Below are positions 1 to 10,697 of a stretch of 39,170 bases of DNA, one piece after another (position 1 is the first letter of the stretch; every line of letters begins with the position of its first letter). Source of the stretch: Octopus bimaculoides (Eukaryota); the NCBI RefSeq assembly GCF_001194135.2, contig NC_068982.1, positions 102,936,662 to 102,975,831 on the forward strand, written 5' to 3'. The position numbers and the translations under genes are program-made. The notes under the pieces are model-generated. The model made no database searches. It was not told the origin of the DNA and worked only from the letters and a program-made list of their open reading frames with translations.

Positions 1-138
1 ACATACATACACACACATACATACACACACATACATACACACACATACATACACACACATACATACACACACATACATACACACACATACATACACACAC
101 ATACATACACACACATACATAGACACACATACATGCCA

Positions 139-169
<31 letters not shown>

Positions 170-170
170 C
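1..170. repeat. 14-bp unit (ACATACATACACAC) tandem array followed by (GATA)n
   Basis: Directly visible: about 8.5 copies over 1-120, GATA run about 138-169. Confidence 0.95.
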
Positions 171-790
171 AATATATGCATATACATCGTTTCTAATGAG
201 CAAGCAAAATAGTACTCAATACATGGTATACAGTATAAATATATTTATGCAGCCGTTACTTCGAGTTTCTCAAATGTTCAATCAATAAGACAGCCACATT
301 TGTCTGTAATAGAAATAGTCCGTCATAGAAACCATACTTTATGTAATGACATTGTGACACCATTATTTTATTGGTTATCATAGACAATGTGATGCATACG
401 TAAGGGCCAATAATTCCCAACAGGAAAGGAATATATTTTTTCGCCTGGAAAGATAATTGCATTTGACTTAATCACATAATTCAATATTAAGCATAGCAGG
501 TATCTACACTCTTGTATATGCAAATATGTGTGTGTGTTTGTCTGTCTGTTTGTCTTTGTATGTACGTAATTTTTATGAAATTTTTGTTCTTTATTGTATC
601 AAGACATCAAAGAAACTCATCTCTATTCCTGGATGACTGACATTAAGAAAATGGCGCACAAGTGACATTTGGATAAAAATACGAAAACCCACGCACACAC
701 AAGCACATACATACACGCATGCATGCATATATACAAGATTTAGATACACAAAGAATAAAGGATGTATTATTTCTGAAAACTTAATTTCAG

Positions 791-881
791 GAACAGAAGC
801 AATCATTTTTAATGCAGTTGGCTGTAATAAGTGATCTTTCTAACGAAGAAATCAATGCCGTTATAGAAGAAACTCTCTCAG
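791..881 (+). CDS. Penultimate coding exon of an unidentified plus-strand gene (EQKQSFLMQLAVISDLSNEEINAVIEETLS)
   Basis: ttaatttcag acceptor, CAG|gtaatt donor; 91 nt open; phase 1 joins in frame to 4564. Confidence 0.6.
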
Positions 882-1268
882 GTAATTTTCATCTTTAACA
901 AGACAATCTTGTCTGGCAAGAAATGAATAATCTTAGATCTTGAAAGTTTTGCTTTAAAATAAATTACTTTTTATCTAGTTATAAAGAACCCTTTATATTT
1001 ATGCGCGTAGCACTCTCCCTGTGATTCGCCTGGATAATTTGGAGTTCCAGACCTTCTTTAGTTTGTGACAGGTTGTCCATGTTTGTACCTTCCTGATCTT
1101 GACGGCTGCTTCCAAATTGCTCATTTAACCACCTAAGTACTTGAAGCTTTCAACATTCAATTTGGAACCGCACAAAGCAAACAGTTCAGCATTACTTGAT
1201 TAGTTGAAAGACATGTTACTCGGTTTTCTTGACGTTTGTATGCAGTCCAATTTTGGTAACTGAAGTTT

Positions 1269-1420
1269 CTATTATATGGCAGTGAAACATGGACACTGAC
1301 AAAGAAATTATCAAACCGGCTAGATGGCTGCTACGCAAGCATGCTACGAATAACATGACCCTAAATGTGAAATGGCAGCAACGTATGACAAACTAATTAC
1401 TTTATGGAGATATGCAGAAA
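1269..1420 (+). mobile_element. RTE-like LINE 3' coding remnant
   Basis: Translates LLYGSETWTLTKKLSNRLDGCYASMLR then, after a frameshift, LNVKWQQRMTN*LLYGD; typical post-RT region of RTE-clade LINEs. Confidence 0.75.
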
Positions 1421-1723
1421 GTTGGCGAGAAAATCAGGCCATAATACTAATACTACTACTACTACTAATAATAATAATAATAATTGTGCTAACAGGTATT
1501 GCCCACATCTCATCCTTAGGAAAATCGTATCAATTTAAATGTCTGTGTTGTATTACATGAAGATGTTTCGCTACTGCCCCTCCCACTTCTCCTCCCCAAG
1601 CTTTCTCTAATACTGTAACATCTCTTATCCTTCACTCGCCCTAGGACACTGGGTGTGTCTCGGAAAGTGACTATAATAAACATGCAGATTAAAAATCAAG
1701 AAGAAGAAGAAGAAGAAGAAGAA

Positions 1724-3187
1724 GATTTGGGAAAAGGAAATGGTCAGATAATCCATTTCCTTTTCATGACTGATATAAAGATTTACGCGAAAAATGAGAA
1801 ACGGCTTGAAAGTCTTGTACATACTATCCGCATTTTCTCAGATGACGTAGGTATGGAATTTGGAATGGAAAAGTGCGTAATATAGAAAATGAAACGAGGA
1901 AGATTTGAAAGAAGCCAAGGAATTGAAATGCCAAATGAGCAAACAATGAGAGAGGACAGTAGTGTAAGTACTTGAGAATACTGGAAGCAGACGAGATAAA
2001 AAAAAACTGAAGAAATGAAACAAATTACTCGTAGGGAGTACACAAGGAGAGTCAGAAAATTATTGCAGTCAAAACTGATTTCCAAAAATCTCGTTGAAGC
2101 AATAAATTCAAGATAGTACCCTTAATCAGATACGGAGTTTGAATTATAAACTGGACCAAAAACGATATAAAGAAACTTGACAGAACAACTAGGAAGTTCT
2201 AGGTGATGTATGGAGCCCACCGTCCGAAAGCTGATATCAACCGGCTGTACTTGAGGAGAGACCAGGGTAAAAGGGCCTTAATAGCAATAGAAGAATGTGT
2301 ACAGATGGAAAAAAGAAGTCTAGTAGAGTATTCACAGAGCAGCACAGAAAAACTACTAAAAGACAGTTAATAAAGAAAAAGAATGAAATACAAAGAGAGC
2401 ACGTCAGACAGATTGAAGAGAAACCTTTGCATGGCCAATTTTAGAGAGCCACTGAAGACGTATGAGATACAAAATCCTGGGGGAAATTTAAAAAAGAAGC
2501 AGAGAGCCTAATTGTAGCTGCCCAAGATCAAGCGATAAAAACAAACAACTTGTGAAAAATATATATATGGAGAGAATGTGTTAGAAAAATATAGAACCTG
2601 TAGTACTTGGAATGTGACAGAATGCCCCAAGTTGGCACAGGAAGAATATAAGAAATTAGGAACAACCAGGTTGTAAAAGTTATACACGGGAAACTGTGCC
2701 AGAAATGGGGATTTGATGCAGGAAGCACATGGTACAATCATCAAGTACTAGAGGCAGAGAAATGTAAGATTTTGTGAGACATTCCTATTCAAATGGACAA
2801 GAAATTTCAAAATAATAGACCAGGCATAACGATTATAGATCAGGAAAAGTAAAGTTACTTATCGATCCATCATGCCCGTTTGATTCCAGGATCGTAGAAA
2901 AAAAAAGAAGAAAAACAAAAAAATACAGTCCCTTAAAATTTGAAATAGGAATTTGGAGCATACGAACAGTAAAGTTTCGTGCCTATAATAATTGGTGAGT
3001 TGGGAACAGTAAGCCTAAGAGACAAACTTTCTGTAGGAAAGTTTGTCTCTTAGGAGCAGAAAGAATTATCAGGAGGGTTCTTAGCACTTGAAAGACTGCT
3101 GAAAACTTGTAGATACCTAAGATTACAGGGAGTAACCCGTTATCGACATAATTCCTACCAAGAATGAGACCGAACCTGAACCAAACC
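1724..3187 (+). mobile_element. 5'-truncated, decayed Dong/R4-like LINE (RT end, CCHC region, restriction-like endonuclease)
   Basis: HFLFMTDIKIYAKNEK...IRIFSDDVGMEFGMEKC; EKPLHGQF; AAQDQAIKT; CPKLAQEEYK...VIHGKLC; remnant of the RP(D)I..ID endonuclease region; many stops and frameshifts; ends at (TAA)n. Confidence 0.8.
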
Positions 3188-3226
<39 letters not shown>

Positions 3227-3239
3227 GTCTCTGCCGTCG

Positions 3240-3505
3240 AAACGACGTATGAGTGTTCAGCTTTTCCCGAACGACCTGCACAAATGATTTGTTTATAGTG
3301 ATCAAATATGTGAGCTGTTCATTAGCTCACTCACTCCATCACTTAGATGTTACCTGAAAAGGTGCACGGTGTACCACGCGTCGTGAGTCGAAGTAATCGC
3401 AGAGCAACGTTAAATGAAGTGTTTTGCTCAAGAACACAACGCACCACTCGGTCTAAGAACTGAAACCATGATCTCGCGACTGTGAGTGCAACACCTTAAC
3501 CACAA
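3240..3505 (-). mobile_element. tRNA-derived SINE fragment
   Basis: Minus strand begins GTGGTTAAGGTGTTGCACTCACAGTCGCGAGATCATGGTTTCAGTTC (A/B-box-like head). Confidence 0.55.
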
Positions 3506-3529
3506 GACAACACCAACAACAACAACAAC

Positions 3530-3586
<57 letters not shown>

Positions 3587-3589
3587 CAA

Positions 3590-3860
3590 TGAATATAAGA
3601 CACTGTGGGATCTTGCAATCCCATGTGACTCCCTAATCGATACTCGGAGACCAGACATTGTCGTGGTAGATAAAAGAAAATAGGAAACCAAGATTATAGA
3701 TGCTGCAATACCTGAGGATGCACGCATAAGTGACAAAGAACTAGAAAAGATTAAAAAAAAGTACAGACTACTAAAAGACGGAATTGACATGAGAGCAGAG
3801 CATGCCCAAAAAATTGCTCTGCTGGGGACAGCTAGGATTTTGAGATTGGTACTTGGGTAC
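3590..3860 (+). mobile_element. Dong/R4-like LINE fragment (restriction-like endonuclease domain)
   Basis: LWDLAIPCDSLIDTRRPDIVVVDKRK*ETKIIDAAIPEDARISDKELEKIKKKY (PD..D..K); preceded by (TAA)n. Confidence 0.8.
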
Positions 3861-4563
3861 TCTTTTTTCTCTCTTTTACTTTTTCTTTTTCCTTTCTTTC
3901 CCTAACACCTACCTTTCTCCTTACTTTTCTTTCTCTTCACCCCTCTCTCTCTCTCTCTCTCCACTCTGTTCTTCTTGTTCTGTCCTTCCCTTTGTGACAA
4001 AGTCGTGTCTCTTCCTAACATGATGAAGACAGATGGTCTAAATATTCGAAAATAATGTCAGTAAATTTCCAATAGAATTATGTGGACGAGCTTTTCTCAG
4101 GTCATGTAAAGTGAATGAGACGCAAATCATCTTTTGGTTACAATACCAGTTTCTCTCACGTGGCTTCATTAGAAAATCAAAAAACCATTTGCATATCCAT
4201 CATCTTGTATAAGTGACATGTTTAGAATTAATTGCACTACAAAAATGCATAACAATTTACTTTTTTGTGGATTTGAACTCAAGGCCTACCTTATCCATTT
4301 ACCATTTTGGCTCAGTCTTTTAGAAACTTAAACTTCCCTGAACAAAAAAAAATTCAATAGTATCGTCAATAAAAGTGCCAAGATAATCAATACACGTGGA
4401 GCAATTATTCACAATCATAGAAATTCTTCAACCAAAATAACTGTGCAAATTGACAATTTTTCAACATACTTGTTTGATTTTTACTTAAAATAAAAAGAAA
4501 AGAAAAATTACTCACCTAAAACATGGAAACTAACTTTTTGTTTATTTAAAAATTTATTTTCAG

Positions 4564-4667
4564 AAACCAAAGGTGATAAAATTGCAAAAGACAAACTCAG
4601 TAAAGAACTTCAGAAAGAATTAGAAAAAGCAAAATCTAATTTAGAAAATGAAAATTCGGGTGAATGA
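4564..4667 (+). CDS. Terminal coding exon of the same unidentified gene (ETKGDKIAKDKLSKELQKELEKAKSNLENENSGE*)
   Basis: atttatttttcag acceptor; open to TGA; charged helical composition; AATAAA at 4778-4783 and 4914-4919. Confidence 0.6.
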
Positions 4668-5027
4668 ATCACTGTCGAAAGACATCACTGATACTCATCA
4701 ATCATGTTCTTGTCCTTGTTATTACCTGCAGAAGGCTAAGGCACACATACGCATAGAACCAAAACCATTACTTTTTGAATAAACATGCGACTGATACCGA
4801 ACACTGTAACTCTGTGGAATTGAATCGTTGTCAAAATTGACAAAACACTTCTCTAAACTTATCCTTTTAAAACATCATGTTACTCTAAATAATTGTGTAG
4901 ATCAGAACACGGCAATAAATTAAATACAATATAAATGCGTTTATTATAAACTTAAGTCAACATTTCAGAATGAAATATAAAGGTAACCTTTAAAAAAAAA
5001 AAGAAACTGTGGTAGATACTCAAATAT

Positions 5028-5079
<52 letters not shown>

Positions 5080-5700
5080 GCGTGTGTGCGTGCGTGTGTG
5101 CGTAAGACCGGGACCAGCTTTCCACTAACAAGAGTTTCGTTGGCCCAGAACAATAGTAGCCCAAAATTCCACAGAGTGAGAATTACTACGAAATCATGTG
5201 GTTGAGGAATTAACTTCTCAACTACACAGCCATTCCTGTACATATACGTGTGTGGGTATGGGTGCGTGTGTTTAGATAGCTAGATAGATAGATAGATAGA
5301 TAGATAAGTGAAGAGTAAAGTTTAAGGTATTAACCTACTCCATGGTTTACAATTGTTTCAACAACTTGCAGGTGGCCAATCACACATCATTTCTATAGAC
5401 ATGGACGATAACGACGATTTAGTCATGCATATTGTGTAATGTGTATTATAGAACTAGTAGTTTTACATTAAGAACCGTTTGGAGAAGATAACATATAGAA
5501 CGATTTGGCCGCTCCGCTTAAACAATTGAATGTGCACATGCACACGGAAATATCTGTATGCATTTGTACCGATTGTTGACACACGTAAATAGGTGTTTCT
5601 ATTTTTTAGAAAGAATGTATGTTTATGTACGTGTGTATATACGTGTGTATATATAGAATGATGTGTGTGTATATCTATATGTAGGTACCATTAGACGTGC

Positions 5701-5743
<43 letters not shown>

Positions 5744-5829
5744 TGTATCGTGTGTATAAGTATGTTTGACCTAATCTATCTAGCCTTATAAATGCACGTA
5801 TATAAAGAGAAGAAATAAAACGCTTACAC

Positions 5830-6100
5830 CAGTGGTTCTCAACTATTTTTTACTTATGAACACCTTTTTTCAAAATTCCTATTTTGTTTTCCAAACATTA
5901 GCTTATGTAGGTTGAACTCTATAAAACGTTAGAGAAAGAAACCCGGCTCTTTCTGGCAATAGATAAATCTAAAGCAAAATTTGTTCATGGACACTTAATA
6001 TATTACTATGGGTTCCCAATTTTCTATTTTGTTTGTGTAGATCTCCAAAAGTCTTATACGGATTCCCAGGGGACATATGGATCCCGATTGAGAACCACTG
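5830..6100. mobile_element. hAT-type MITE (271 bp)
   Basis: TIR CAGTGGTTCTCAA / TTGAGAACCACTG and perfect 8-bp TSD GCTTACAC (5822-5829, 6101-6108). Confidence 0.9.
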
Positions 6101-6360
6101 GCTTACACGATATGCTTGTCGCTAAGATACTTTAACAATACTATTTAGTAAAAAATTTTTGTGAAATCTTTCAATAAACCAGACTTATTTCTGTACCAGC
6201 ACTTTAAAGAGGCAGACAAAGGTAGACACAAATTTACTAGGAATTAAGTGATAACAGCCTGTTCATAATATCATTAAATACAAGCGACCGGCATCCTTCT
6301 TCTTGTTGACATTCTGAAGTTTAGCACTTCCTTTTTTAATTAAAAGCTGAGTTTTTCTTA

Positions 6361-6830
6361 TTTAAACGGAGCGGCCAAATTGCTTTATTTGTTATCTTCT
6401 ACAATGGGCTCTAATGAAATAACTTCAGGTGCCATTTTGTAATACACGTAACATAATATATCTGACAAAATCGTCATAATCATCCATGTCTGATTGGTCA
6501 CCTGCACGTTGTTGAAACAAATGTAAACCATGAAGTAAATGTAATACCACTAGTTCCACTAATGACTTGATATTATTTATACTCTACGACGGAAGTAAAC
6601 CTTACGGATTTTCTGTTTGTTCGAAACCTGAGTTTCTGCAGGACAAATTCTCCTTTATACAATTTTAGTTAACTGCCGATCGTGTGAGTACTTCGTTAAG
6701 TAAACGTCTGGATCACCTAATCCTTTCTAGCTTAGTATATGCATATATTTCGTCGTCGATGGTCCGTCCATTGTAGGTCAACATTGACTGTTCTGTTCAG
6801 TGAACAAAACGCCTTTGGACGGTGAGTAAG
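6361..6830 (+). promoter_or_regulatory. Putative plus-strand promoter / first-exon region
   Basis: GCCATTTT (YY1-like) near 6430, ATTGG (CCAAT box) 6493-6497, CGGAAGT (ETS core) 6590-6596, locally high CpG, and GTGAGT donors at 6684 and 6822. Confidence 0.45.
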
Positions 6831-7307
6831 GCAGTTGGCGTCGTCACCACCATCATACTGCCTCTCCGGGCCTCCACGCCAAGTGGTGTAGAAGAGTGCA
6901 ACGAGCATAATCGACGATGTGGCTGCCCCGCAGTAGCAGCTCGCTTGCTAGTTGACGCACAATCGTTGACTGATGGTATAGGTCCTGCGCTTTGCCACAA
7001 TAACCTTCAAGCCGTTGGTCTATGGCTCCTTCGCCTTGTCGGTTATCCGACGCCCTGCTGCTGGCCTCTTTACCGCGTCCTGGCACAGGAAGCTAAGGGA
7101 TTTCTAGCACTTGCCAAAGGTTCCCACCCCAGTCAACGGACGGAAAGGGCCACTTTCTCTCCCATTTTCGGCCAATGATGTGGGTGCTGTACTGTACCGA
7201 ATACATATGTATGTATGCCTGTATATATGTATGTGTGTGTATGTATATATTATATATGTATGTATTGTATTGTATATGTATGTATGCATATATATGTATG
7301 TATGTAT

Positions 7308-8100
7308 GGATTGTCCTTGCACAGGGGCCATCTGGACTCCCGTCTTCGCCGTGATTAATCTTCTCTCTTCGCTCCTTTGCACCACATGGGCTCAACTCTC
7401 TTCCCCTCTTCATTTAACCCTCCTCATCTCTCCTCTCTTCCTCTCACACCTACTTCCTCCCACCCACCTCTCCTCTCTTGCTCTGACACCTACTTCCTCT
7501 CTTCACTCCTACCCACCTTCTCCCTTCCACCCTCTCCCTTCGTCGTCACCCCCTCCCTCATAACCCCACCCCTACACATTCCAACCCCACCCCATCCTTA
7601 CACCCCATCCTTGCCTCCCCCACTCTCGCCTTCCCCACACCCCAACACCACCACACGACACACCACTATACCATGCCACACCACATCACACCACCCCACA
7701 CACAAACACTGACCACTTCCCAGCGCCCACACTAGTGCACACACTAGCACTGACCACTTCCCAGCACCCACACTATCATCCACACATGCACACACGCACA
7801 CGTCAAGGTCACCATCCCCCTTCCACATGCACATACACATGCATGCGCACCTCATTTTGGGATCACCACTACTTTATTATTTCCCTTTCATCCTAGCTCT
7901 CCTGTGTGACCCCTCAGTCCGGCATTCGCCATGATAGATCACTAGCCACTAAACCTTTTTATTTTCTCTCCCTGTTTATTTCTGTGTTCCTTTCTGATGA
8001 AGAGTGTGGTCTCAAAACGTAAAAGACTTTCTCATTTCCCAAGCGTTAAACATGTTTGTTGTTTACACACCCATCTTCGTCTTTCGTTTTTTTGTAAATT
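7308..8100 (+). mobile_element. Penelope-like element 3' end (GIY-YIG C-terminus, pyrimidine-rich tail, hammerhead-like motif)
   Basis: 7355-7417 translates LIFSLRSFAPHGLNSLPLFI* (xIFxL...PxGLN ending of Penelope-like ORFs); CTGATGA-A-GAG..CTC-AAAAC at 7994-8018. Confidence 0.65.
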
Positions 8101-8105
8101 GTCAC

Positions 8106-8140
<35 letters not shown>

Positions 8141-8483
8141 ATATACATGATGTGTGTGTATGTGTGTGTGTGTGTGTGTTTGTGTGTGTGTTTCTTGATA
8201 AGTCTTGCAAGTTTTTACTGTTCCACTTACAGATTGTATTTGTAAGGTTGATTTTCTTTTCTGAAAATTCAAGCTTATCCAGACTGTCAGTTAGGCATTT
8301 ACTCACAAAACCAAGTGTGCCAACTATTATTGATATAAATGTAAACTTATAATCTGGATAAAGAAGCTGAAGGTGTCAAAGCAGTTGCTAATAGCTGTCC
8401 ACTTTCTCTTTGATTTTCAAAGAGATAGTGAGGTCATTGATGCATAGATTTTGGATCTGAAGGACTGATTTCTGCATTAAACT

Positions 8484-8755
8484 ATATGTATGTATGCATG
8501 TATGTATGTATGTATGTATGCATGTATGTATATGTGTATGCATGTGTGTATGTATGTATGTATGCATGTATATGTGTATGCATGTGTATATGTATGTATG
8601 TATGTATGTGTGTATGTATGCATGTGTGTGTCTATGTGTATGTTTGTGTGTGTACGGATGTATGTATGTATGTGTGTATATATTTATGTATATGTCCATA
8701 TGTATGTATGTATGTATGTATGTATGTGTGTATGTGCATGCGTATGTATGTATGT
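8484..8755. repeat. Compound (TATG)/(TG)/(TA) microsatellite
   Basis: Directly visible; explains the MYVC-rich ORFs. Confidence 0.95.
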
Positions 8756-9149
8756 TAAATTCTTGTAGTCTTTTAAGATATGTTCCAAACACCAAATCAT
8801 AAACAATTAGTTATTTTACAGAACCACGGAGACTGGTGTGGCTAGGTGGGAGGAAGATTTCCTCAAAATGAAGATGTGACCCTAAATGCTTGCAACAGAA
8901 TGGACTCTATTAAACGCACTCAAGCTGCCAGGCTATGGATTAAGGTCTACCACCCAAGTAGATTACTGTGGGATTTGAACTGAGAAGACAAAGGACTGAA
9001 ATTAATATTACAAGGCGTCTAGTTTGATGTTTCTCCTGTCCTCTGCTCTAGATCAATGCTTCTTATCGAACCCCAAAAGGACTAAGGTTATATTTGACCT
9101 CAGCAGAATTTGAACTCAGAGTGATGCCAAATAGGACATGTGAGAGGCC

Positions 9150-9800
9150 AGCCCCTCTCCATATCATTACAAGTACCAAAATACCATGAATATGAACCAT
9201 CACACCAGAAAAGGCCCCTATCCTTTTTCCGTGTAGAATGCCTGAACAATCCCAATCTACTCCGAAGAATGACCAATCCCGGAAAGAACACCAAACAGTC
9301 ACCTCTACCCCTGTGAATTTAAGTAAAATGGTGTAGAGTGACCGTCTCCCCTCTCTACATCCTCCTTGCAATTTTCTGACCCAAAACAGCCATGAGACTT
9401 ATATGATCTACCTATGATCAAAGGAGTGAAGAACTACCACCATCACCAACAAGGCCCAGAAAAGAGACTCATCTTCTGTTGCTGTAATCGTCACTGCCCT
9501 CTCTCTTCCTGCACAAAGTGACAATATTTCAATTTTTCATGTCGTTTGGTACTACTGGTACAGACATCTATGCAGGTGGCCTCTCTACACCCAATGGTCC
9601 CCAAACGTATGCTACCTAATTTTGACCTTCTGCTAGCAGGAAGATAATCAATGGCTCCCAGCCAGCTACCCAGCAGTCAGGGCTGCATCCAGTTCCTCCA
9701 TCGCAGGCAAGCTGAGATTAATGAATGTTATCGCACCACTTCAGATCTGAACAGCCACCTCAGGCACTGGCACCCATCAGGATGAAGAAACTGAATCACT
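9150..9800 (-). mobile_element. Highly decayed RTE-like LINE RT fragment
   Basis: Minus strand near 9525-9445 translates IVTLCRKREGSDDYSNRR*VSFLGLVG (cf. IVTLYK.KG.RSDC.NYRGISLLS); EELDAAL lies upstream. Confidence 0.65.
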
Positions 9801-9837
9801 CGCTACAGATTAACTACTCGGATACAAGTTAATGCTG

Positions 9838-9843
9838 ATGATG

Positions 9844-9889
<46 letters not shown>

Positions 9890-10010
9890 AAAGATAGATA
9901 GCTATATACATACACACACACACACGCACACATGCACACACACACTGGTATTCATATATGTATGTACATATGTGTGTGTAAATATATATATGTACACACA
10001 TGCATGCACG

Positions 10011-10042
<32 letters not shown>

Positions 10043-10092
10043 CATATTCATATAATATATATTTAACCACATACACATGTGTGTGTGTGTGT
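9838..10092. repeat. Compound (GATA)/(AC)/(TA)/(GT) microsatellite
   Basis: Directly visible. Confidence 0.95.
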
Positions 10093-10697
10093 AATCCATA
10101 ATCGTTAGTCTGACAAAATATTTTTTATAGGACTAACGATTATGGATTCACTCTCATTTTTCTTAATCACTTTTATTCACTCTCAGACTCGTCTTTTTTC
10201 AGATATAGCTTCTCTCTGAACTTATCCCCTCTCTCCAGCAATTTGGTAAAAGTGATTTAGCGCAAAAACTATTTGTTGTCAGACATTTTGGCACCAAGAA
10301 ATTTTTTTCTTTTTTTTATACTGCATAACAGCTGATCATTTACTAGTCGGACGTCAATAATTACACAAACTAAATAAAGTTTACAGATGCTCATAATTAT
10401 CAAATGAAAAGCTGTGGCTACTACACAAGGAACTTCTTTTGCAAGGCAGAACTGCCCTGGAAATATTTTATATGCATCTAAGAGATTTTTCTTTTTCTCT
10501 ACTGCTGACCAGTTAACGATTTGCAATGAAGGAAAAAAAAAAAAGATGAAATATGTTTTGAACCTATAAACCATCTTCTATAATCTATCTTCTCCCTTTT
10601 CTCGTGAAACTTCATAGAATGTTAAATTTAGCTTAGTTTAGCTTAATTTGTATCTCGAGTTATGTTGTGTAGATGAAGCCGAAGAGGGATGGAATAG

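Noticed and set aside
603-660. Candidate exon IKETHLYSWMTDIKKMAHK upstream of 791
   Set aside because: The only GT donor is phase 2, incompatible with the phase-0 exon at 791; reading through hits TGA.
4019-4052. Second hammerhead-like string TGATGA-AGAC..GTCT...GAAA
   Set aside because: It lacks the conserved C3, and 8 extra bases separate stem II from GAAA; at most a heavily decayed Penelope-type remnant.
6797-7178. GC-rich ORFs on both strands (67-118 aa)
   Set aside because: No recognisable motif; they begin at or after a strong splice donor and are expected by chance in GC-rich, stop-poor sequence.
8395-8445. SECIS-like hairpin on the minus strand (ATGA...stem...AAAA...GGAC)
   Set aside because: Helix II is too long, the G.A quartet is out of register, and there is no upstream UGA-containing ORF on that strand.
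8388-8802. Overlapping 90-135 aa ORFs (MYVC/HTYI-rich); similar ORFs at 591-806, 4952-5243, 7093-7563, 7598-8352 and 9810-10099
   Set aside because: They are translations of stop-free microsatellites and carry no coding signal.
10269-10574. 101-aa minus-strand ORF (…IVNWSAVEKKKNLLDAYKIFPGQF…)
   Set aside because: No AG follows the polypyrimidine tract (TGCAA), I recognise no motif, and it lies beyond the XPNPEP1 stop.
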